Source: an uncultured Acidimicrobiaceae bacterium (GTDB taxonomy: Bacteria; Actinomycetota; Acidimicrobiia; Acidimicrobiales; RAAP-2). Taken from it: 64,000 bases of DNA. The position numbers were made by a program, and so were the translations under genes. Below are positions 57,882-64,000 of this stretch, piece by piece (the stretch's first letter is position 1; each line of letters starts with the position of its first letter). The stretch is from the NCBI GenBank assembly GCA_963732125.1, contig CAVSXX010000002.1, forward strand, positions 37,985 through 101,984, in the 5' to 3' direction. Below the pieces are notes generated by a model, which saw nothing but the letters and a program-made list of their open reading frames with translations, was not told where the DNA came from and did no database searches.

Positions 57882-59702
57882 GTGGAGCCAACGGACACCT
57901 CGTCTCCTGACTACTTCCACAAGGTCGTCGACTGTCAGTGGGCCTGTCCCGCGCACACCAACGTGCCCGGCTACATACGACTCATCGCCCAAGAGCGCTT
58001 CGACGACGCGTACATGCTCAATCGCGAGTCGAACGTCTTTCCCGGCATCCTCGGTCGCACGTGTGACCGGCCATGTGAACCAGCCTGTCGCCGCGAGCGC
58101 GTGGACGGCTCTCCCGTCGCCATCTGCCGCCTGAAGCGGGTTGCGAGTGACCTGCGCGGCGACATCAGTGATCGCCTGCCAGCGATTCCGATCAAGAAGA
58201 ACGGCAGACGGATCGCCTGCATCGGCGCAGGCCCCTCGTCGCTGACCGTCGCGAACGACCTCATGCCCCTCGGCTATGAGGTCTCCATCTTCGAGCAATA
58301 CGACAAGCCCGGCGGTCTGATGCGCTCGAACATCCCCTCGTTCCGCCTGCCTGAGGAGGTCTTGGAAGAAGAGACGTCGATGATCCTCGACATGGGCGTC
58401 GACATTCGCTACAACACCCCGGTCACGAGCCTTCGCGCTCTGATCGACGAAGGCTTCGACGCCGTGTTCGTGGGTGTCGGCGCGCCACGGGGCAAGGAGC
58501 TCGACCTGCCCGGGCGACGCGACGAGACCGGCGACGACACGAACATCCACATCGGCATCGACTGGCTCGAGTCGGTTGCCTTCGGTCACCTGGATGCGAT
58601 CGGCGAACGTGTCCTCATCATCGGGGTGGGCAACACCGCGATGGACTGCTGCCGTACGTCTCGACGTCTTGGCGGTCGCGACATCAAGGTCATGGCCCGC
58701 CGCCCGCGCGAGTTCTTCAAGGCCTCGCCGTGGGAGCTCGACGACGCTGAAGAAGAAGGCGTCGAGATCATCGTGAACCACGCGCCGACGCGCTTCGTGA
58801 TGGACGACGGTCGTCTCGTCGGGATGGAGTTCGACGTCCTGACATGGGACGAGGGAGCCACGCGCTCGACGACGATCGACACCGTCGTGATCCCCTGCGA
58901 CGACGTGATTCTCGCGATTGGCCAAGAGAACGCCTTCCCCTGGATCGAACGCGACCTCGGGATGACCTTCGGCGAGTGGGACATGCCGGTCGTCGACGAG
59001 GTGACGATGCAGTCGAGCGTGCCGGGCGTCTTCTTCGGTGGGGACGCGGCGTGGGGACCGAAGAACATCATCTGGGCCGTCGCGCACGGACACGCGGCGG
59101 CGATCTCCATCGACAATCTCTGCAGCGAGATTCCCCTCACGGATCGACCGGCGATGGGCATGAACCTGATCAGCCAGAAGATGGGCATGAGCGAGTGGAG
59201 CTACCACAACGACTACAACCAGTCGTCGCGCCAGAGGATGACCCACGTCGAGTTGACTAAGCGCTTCGAGTCGCTTGACCTCGAAGTTGAGCTGGGCTTT
59301 TCCGCCGAGCAGACCGCGCGCGAGGTGCAGCGCTGTCTCAACTGCGATGTCGAAACCGCGTTCACGGCGCCGCTGTGCATCGAGTGTGACGCGTGCCTCG
59401 ACATCTGCCCGGTCCAGTGCTTGACGATCACGAGCAACGGTGATGAGGCAGACCTGCGCGAACGCCTGCTCGCGCCGGCGACAAATCTCTCCCAAGAGCT
59501 CTACGTCTCAGCGCCTCTCCCCCAGACCGGCCGCGTCATGGTGAAAGACGAGAACGTCTGCGTGCACTGTGGCCTCTGCGCAGAGCGCTGCCCGACGGCT
59601 GCGTGGGACATGGAGCTGTTCGACCTGAAGATCCCCTACGCGGGATCCAAGAACTTCATTCCCGTTGCGGTGGGCTTTGGCGGAAACGGAGCGTTGTCAT
59701 GA
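57882..59702 (+). CDS. GltD-like NAD(P)H-dependent FAD/Fe-S oxidoreductase with a C-terminal 2[4Fe-4S] ferredoxin domain (KorC-like)
   Basis: DCQWACP, GRTCDRPCEPACRR, IGAGPS, GVGNTAMDC, RCLNC, CIECDACLDICP and CVHCGLCAERCP. Confidence 0.88.
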   Translation: MEPTDTSSPDYFHKVVDCQWACPAHTNVPGYIRLIAQERFDDAYMLNRESNVFPGILGRTCDRPCEPACRRERVDGSPVAICRLKRVASDLRGDISDRLPAIPIKKNGRRIACIGAGPSSLTVANDLMPLGYEVSIFEQYDKPGGLMRSNIPSFRLPEEVLEEETSMILDMGVDIRYNTPVTSLRALIDEGFDAVFVGVGAPRGKELDLPGRRDETGDDTNIHIGIDWLESVAFGHLDAIGERVLIIGVGNTAMDCCRTSRRLGGRDIKVMARRPREFFKASPWELDDAEEEGVEIIVNHAPTRFVMDDGRLVGMEFDVLTWDEGATRSTTIDTVVIPCDDVILAIGQENAFPWIERDLGMTFGEWDMPVVDEVTMQSSVPGVFFGGDAAWGPKNIIWAVAHGHAAAISIDNLCSEIPLTDRPAMGMNLISQKMGMSEWSYHNDYNQSSRQRMTHVELTKRFESLDLEVELGFSAEQTAREVQRCLNCDVETAFTAPLCIECDACLDICPVQCLTITSNGDEADLRERLLAPATNLSQELYVSAPLPQTGRVMVKDENVCVHCGLCAERCPTAAWDMELFDLKIPYAGSKNFIPVAVGFGGNGALS

Positions 59703-61546
59703 CCATCACCGAAAAGGCGAAGACTCGCACTCAGGTCAACGATTTCTCGATCAAGTTGGCGAACGTGAATGGCACGGGCTCGGCCAGCGCCAACAGCCTC
59801 CTCGTCCAGGCCATCTTCCGCATGGGCATCCCCGTCTCGGGCAAGAACCTCTTTCCTTCGAACATCCAAGGCCTGCCCACCTGGTACGAGATACGAGTGA
59901 ACGCCTCGGGCTACACGGCCCGCGCGCTCGCCTACGACCTCATGGTCGCCATGAACGCCCAGACCTATGCCGAGGACATCGCCGACGTCCACCCCGGGGG
60001 GTACGTCCTCTACGACTCGTCCTGGCCCCTCGACCCCGACCTCGAGCGCGAGGACGTCACCTTCCTCGGTGTGCCGCTGGCCGCGATGTGCCTCGAGAAC
60101 TTCAAGAAGCCCCGCGAGCGCATCTTGATGAAGAACATCGCCTACGCGGGCGCCGTCGTCGCGCTCGTCGGCATCGACCTCGACGTCGTCGCCGCGTTGC
60201 TCGACGAGAACTACTCGCGCAACGTAGCCCTTCTCGACTCGAACCAGCGTGCGCTGCGCCTCGGCTACGACTACGCGATCGAGAACTTCGAGTGCCCGCT
60301 CGCCCTTCGCCTCGAACCGCTGGAGAAGAACGGCGATTCGATCTTGATTGACGGCAACACGGCGGCCGCCCTCGGATGCCTCTACGCGGGCGCGACGGTG
60401 GCGGGCTGGTACCCGATCACTCCGGCGACGGCGGTGATGGACAACTTCACGAAGCTCTGTGCCAAGTACCGCCGTGTGAGGGTGGAGAGCGACGACCCGG
60501 ACGCTCCGCCGACCTACAAGCACAACTACCTCATCATTCAGGCTGAAGACGAGATCGCCTCCATCGGCATGGTGCTCGGCGCCGGCTGGAGCGGCGCGCG
60601 CGCCTTCACGTCCACGTCCGGCCCCGGCATCTCTTTGATGAGCGAGCTCCTCGGGCTCGGCTACTACACCGAGATTCCTGCGGTCGTCATCGACGTCCAG
60701 CGCGTCGGCCCCTCGACCGGCATGCCGACGAGGACCCAGCAGGGCGACATCTTGATGTGCGCCTACGCCTCCCACGGCGACACGAAGCACATCCTTCTGT
60801 TTCCGGCGAACCCGCATGAGTGCTTCGAGTTTGCCGTCAAGTGCTTCGATCTCGCCGAGCGCTTCCAGACGCCGGTGTTCATGCTGTCAGACCTCGACAT
60901 CGGGATGAACGACTGGGTCGTGCCGAAGCTCGCCTGGGACGACAGCTTCGTGCCCGACCGCGGGCGTGTGCTCGACGACAAGGACCTGGCCGAGATCGCG
61001 GAGTTCTTTCGCTACGCGGACGAAGACGACGAGTTCGTCACGCCGCGCACGCTGCCCGGGTCCGACTCGAAAGGCGCCTACTTCATTCGCGGTTCGGGCC
61101 ACGACAAGTTCGGGCGCTACACCGAGATACCCGATGAGTATCAAGAGGTCGTCGACCGCCTGAAGCTGAAGCACGCCGCGGCAGCCACGCACGTGCCCGA
61201 GCCCATCATCGAACGCAGGGACGGCGCCACCGTCGGTGTCATCACGATCGGCAGCTGCGATCTCGCGGTTCGTGAGGCGCTCGACGAACTGGAAGAGCAA
61301 GGGGTCGTTGCCGACTTCTTGCGCGTGCGTGGGTTCCCCTTCGTCGACGACGTGCGAGCGTTCGTCGAAGGACATGAGCGCTGCTTCGTCGTCGAACAGA
61401 ATCGCGATGCGCAGCTGCGCAGCCTCATCTCGATCGAGACGGGCGTCGCCATAGAAAAGATGTCCTCGGTGCTTGCCTACGGCGGCTTTCCTTTGAGCGC
61501 CCAGCAGGTCGTCGACAGCGTACTGACTCAATTGGAGATGCCCTAA
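59699..61546 (+). CDS. 2-oxoacid:acceptor oxidoreductase alpha subunit (fused gamma domain)
   Basis: NVNGTGSAS, GWYPITPAT, QAEDEIAS, TSTSGPG and QRVGPSTGMPT. ATGA overlap with the upstream gene. Confidence 0.93.
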   Translation: MTITEKAKTRTQVNDFSIKLANVNGTGSASANSLLVQAIFRMGIPVSGKNLFPSNIQGLPTWYEIRVNASGYTARALAYDLMVAMNAQTYAEDIADVHPGGYVLYDSSWPLDPDLEREDVTFLGVPLAAMCLENFKKPRERILMKNIAYAGAVVALVGIDLDVVAALLDENYSRNVALLDSNQRALRLGYDYAIENFECPLALRLEPLEKNGDSILIDGNTAAALGCLYAGATVAGWYPITPATAVMDNFTKLCAKYRRVRVESDDPDAPPTYKHNYLIIQAEDEIASIGMVLGAGWSGARAFTSTSGPGISLMSELLGLGYYTEIPAVVIDVQRVGPSTGMPTRTQQGDILMCAYASHGDTKHILLFPANPHECFEFAVKCFDLAERFQTPVFMLSDLDIGMNDWVVPKLAWDDSFVPDRGRVLDDKDLAEIAEFFRYADEDDEFVTPRTLPGSDSKGAYFIRGSGHDKFGRYTEIPDEYQEVVDRLKLKHAAAATHVPEPIIERRDGATVGVITIGSCDLAVREALDELEEQGVVADFLRVRGFPFVDDVRAFVEGHERCFVVEQNRDAQLRSLISIETGVAIEKMSSVLAYGGFPLSAQQVVDSVLTQLEMP

Positions 61547-62601
61547 TGCCATCCATCGTCAAGCCCCTTATCCCGCTGAACCCGCTTCCGAAGAATGAGA
61601 TCGGCCTCACGGTGCGCGACTACGAGGGAGCGATGTCGACGTTGTGCGCGGGCTGTGGCCACGACTCGGTCACCGCTGCCATCACGCACGCGTTATGGGA
61701 GCTCTCGACGCCGCCGAACCGCATCGCGAAGCTGAGCGGCATCGGCTGTTCGTCAAAGACCCCGACGTACTTCGTCCGTGGTGCGCACGGCTTCAACAGC
61801 GCGCACGGGCGCATGGCCACCATCGCGACCGGGGCCAACGCGGCCAATCGGGAGCTCACCTATATCGGCATCTCCGGTGACGGCGACTCTCTGTCGATCG
61901 GCCTCGGGCACCTCATGCACGCGATGCGCCGCAACGTCAACATGGTGTACGTCATCGAGAACAACGGCGTGTACGGACTCACCAAGGGCCAGCTCTCCGC
62001 CTCGGCCGATATCGGTTCGGCCCCCAAGAAGGGCGAGGCCAATCTGCTCGCGCCGATCGACCCGATCATGCTCGGACTCACACTCGGCGCGACGTTTCTC
62101 GCACGCAGCTTCTCGGGCGATAAGGAGCAGTTGATACCGATCTTGAAGGCAGCCGTCGCGCACCAGGGGTTCGCGCTCATCGACGTGATCTCTCCGTGCG
62201 TCACATTCAACGATCACGAGAGCTCGACGAAGAGCTACAAGTTTGTGCGCGAACACGAAGTGAAGGAAGTCCAGACCGACTTCGTGCCCATGCAGGTGCC
62301 AATTCGCGAGAAGATCCCGAGCCACGACGCAAAGGCCGTCACGATGCACGACGGCAGCGTGCTGCGCTTCCGTCACGTGCCCGAGGGCTACGACCCGAGT
62401 GATCGCATGTCGGTTGAGGAGTACATCCGCGACCGCCACGAGCGGGGCGAGATTGCAACAGGCCTGCTCTACCTCAACGAATCGTCACAAGAGTTGCACG
62501 AGCTCAATCAGACGCCGTCGTCAGCGCTTGCGAGCCTCCCCTACGACGCGCTGTGTCCGGGCGCAGATGCGCTCGCGGAGCTCCAAGAAGACTTTCGCTG
62601 A
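61546..62601 (+). CDS. 2-oxoacid:acceptor oxidoreductase beta subunit (TPP-binding)
   Basis: LCAGCGH, SGIGCSS, HGR, SGDGD, NNGVYGLTKGQ and SPCVTFN. TAATG overlap. Confidence 0.93.
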   Translation: MPSIVKPLIPLNPLPKNEIGLTVRDYEGAMSTLCAGCGHDSVTAAITHALWELSTPPNRIAKLSGIGCSSKTPTYFVRGAHGFNSAHGRMATIATGANAANRELTYIGISGDGDSLSIGLGHLMHAMRRNVNMVYVIENNGVYGLTKGQLSASADIGSAPKKGEANLLAPIDPIMLGLTLGATFLARSFSGDKEQLIPILKAAVAHQGFALIDVISPCVTFNDHESSTKSYKFVREHEVKEVQTDFVPMQVPIREKIPSHDAKAVTMHDGSVLRFRHVPEGYDPSDRMSVEEYIRDRHERGEIATGLLYLNESSQELHELNQTPSSALASLPYDALCPGADALAELQEDFR

Positions 62602-62666
62602 GTCTGAGTAACATCAGCGGGCGGCGCCCGACGAAGAGATGAGTCACACAAGGGAACTCTGGGAAA

Positions 62667-62695
62667 GGCGGGCGATTGTGCGAGCCCGCCGATTT
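62667..62695 (+). terminator. GC-rich hairpin after the oxidoreductase operon
   Basis: GGCGGGC/GCCCGCC arms followed by GATTT; a second hairpin lies at 62618-62630. Confidence 0.45.
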
Positions 62696-62876
62696 CGAAA
62701 TCACAAATTTTGATGGGCGAAAACAGCGTCACGCATTCGTCACGAACAACCAATCAACTGCCCTGTATTTGACCGGCGATTTAAAATACCAAATAAACGA
62801 TATCGTTCTCGGACGCCCACAAAATACGGACGATTCTCGCGGTTATTGACACCACTCTCATTAGCCTCGTGTGGTA

Positions 62877-63308
62877 ATGAAAAACGTGTCGGACCCCTCC
62901 ATCAGGGTGGCCGTTGTCGACGACCACATCATGGTGTCAGAGTTGCTGGCCCTCTCCATCTCGAAAGAGAGCGACCTGAGCCTCGTAGGTGTCGTCGGCA
63001 ACGTGACCGACGCGCTCGAACTCGTCAAACGTGACCACCCCGACGTCATTTTGCTCAACTATCGACTGCCTGATTTCGAGTGCATTGAGGTGGTGAAGCT
63101 CATGATCAAAGAGTCCCCCGACAGTCACGTAGTGATGCTGTCGGGCAACGGCGATCACGGACTCCAACGACAGGCCATCGACGCAGGATGCACGGGGTTG
63201 CTCGGCAAGAACGCTCGCATCGCCGACGTGCTCGGCGCCATTCGGGCCGCCGTGCGCGGAGAGATGGTCATCACGGCCGACGAGTCGTTCCAACTCCGCT
63301 CCGCTTGA
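62877..63308 (+). CDS. NarL-type receiver domain protein without an output domain
   Basis: VAVVDDH, PDVILLN, VVMLSG and GLLGK; the protein ends right after the receiver. Confidence 0.8.
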   Translation: MKNVSDPSIRVAVVDDHIMVSELLALSISKESDLSLVGVVGNVTDALELVKRDHPDVILLNYRLPDFECIEVVKLMIKESPDSHVVMLSGNGDHGLQRQAIDAGCTGLLGKNARIADVLGAIRAAVRGEMVITADESFQLRSA

Positions 63309-63503
63309 GTCGCACATCAAAGTACCTACGTCATAACGCACGTCAGCATTGACGCGGGACGTCGCGCTTGCATGACGTAATGGTTTCGTTCTGAACGATT
63401 TTTGACCGTCCTGACTACTATGACAACAGACACGTGATGCCTGTTTGTTTGCATGGCGTCGGTATGCGGTGGGGCTTTGATCGAACATTGCAAGGGAGCG
63501 AAC

Positions 63504-63959
63504 ATGATCACGACAAGAGCATTCCGTATCGGACTATGCATTGCGATGGTCAGCATTGGTGGGCTCGTGGGAGGAGTCGGCGGCAGCGCGCTCGCGTCGG
63601 CGGCCGGACCCAAGGTCGTCGTCGTGCCGTCGGTGAATCTGAAGAACGGCGAAGTGGTGCACATCAGCGGCAGCGGGTTCAAGCCCGGTGACACGGTGTT
63701 CATCGTGGAGTGCCTCAGATCGTCCAAGAGCGAAGCGGGCTGCAAGGTTCCGAATAACTCGCTCCCGCCTAAAGCAACGATTACTTCGACCGGAGCTCTT
63801 CCAAGAACTGCATTCAAGGTATCGACCGGGAGAATTGGCAACGGCGTCTGCGGAACTGCCAAGGCGAATCTGAGCAAGTGCGCCGTCAGCGTCGGCAACG
63901 CGGCGGGCGGCGACTCGGCCGTCGGCGACATCACGTTCGCTCTTCCCGCAAAGAAATAG
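63504..63959 (+). CDS. Secreted neocarzinostatin-apoprotein-like protein
   Basis: GGGAG RBS and signal peptide, then VVPSVNLKNGEVVHISGSGF...VEC-x9-C...C-x9-CAVSV...ITF; four Cys in the mature part. Confidence 0.8.
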   Translation: MITTRAFRIGLCIAMVSIGGLVGGVGGSALASAAGPKVVVVPSVNLKNGEVVHISGSGFKPGDTVFIVECLRSSKSEAGCKVPNNSLPPKATITSTGALPRTAFKVSTGRIGNGVCGTAKANLSKCAVSVGNAAGGDSAVGDITFALPAKK

Positions 63960-64000
63960 GTTGACATCGTCGGCGAGGTTCTCGCTCGTCGACGTGCGTC

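Noticed and set aside
57804-59495. Long antisense or alternate-frame ORFs (563 aa here; also 2930-4078, 28614-29879, 29876-31243, 45542-46642, 47402-48697, 59636-60817)
   Set aside because: They mirror clearly identified genes, have no motifs and show the R/A/V/G-rich composition typical of shadow ORFs in high-GC DNA.
62691-62702. Perfect palindrome GATTTCGAAATC
   Set aside because: A single 12-bp palindrome next to a terminator-like hairpin, with no second copy noticed; it cannot be assigned.

Overview
GC-rich, densely coding bacterial DNA with about 58 genes. The host is inferred to be an actinobacterium, probably Acidimicrobiia-like, from many leaderless TANNNT promoters, an F420-type LLM enzyme and neocarzinostatin-fold secreted proteins. 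I found no rRNA, tRNA, CRISPR array, transposase, integrase or phage gene. Layout: (1) 1-2.4 kb, the tail of a corrinoid methyltransferase support cluster (RACo/ASKHA activator, DUF1638, MetF-like). (2) 2.5-7.5 kb, an uncharacterised Pol-beta-type nucleotidyltransferase, an Icc-like metallophosphoesterase, an APC permease and an aldehyde dehydrogenase; this is the best candidate for an undescribed system. (3) dadA-like, mobA, DUF6457 and fdhD, separated from the FdhF/YdeP molybdoenzyme by a 7-kb block holding an SGNH hydrolase, an orphan comA, a MacB/FtsX-type ABC system with duplicated Thr/Gly cassettes and a Cys-rich mosaic secreted protein. (4) 20-50 kb, catabolic and housekeeping genes (DapA-like, mmsA, LLM, CoA transferase, acyl-CoA dehydrogenases, GlcD-like, amidohydrolase plus a stand-alone PAS protein, class III aminotransferase, MarR-MFS, putA). 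(5) a convergent nfeD/SPFH pair, cfa, HxlR-MFS and lepB. (6) a GltD-like flavoprotein plus 2-oxoacid oxidoreductase alpha/beta operon, a receiver-only regulator and a neocarzinostatin-type apoprotein. All family calls come from motif recognition by eye; no database searches were run.
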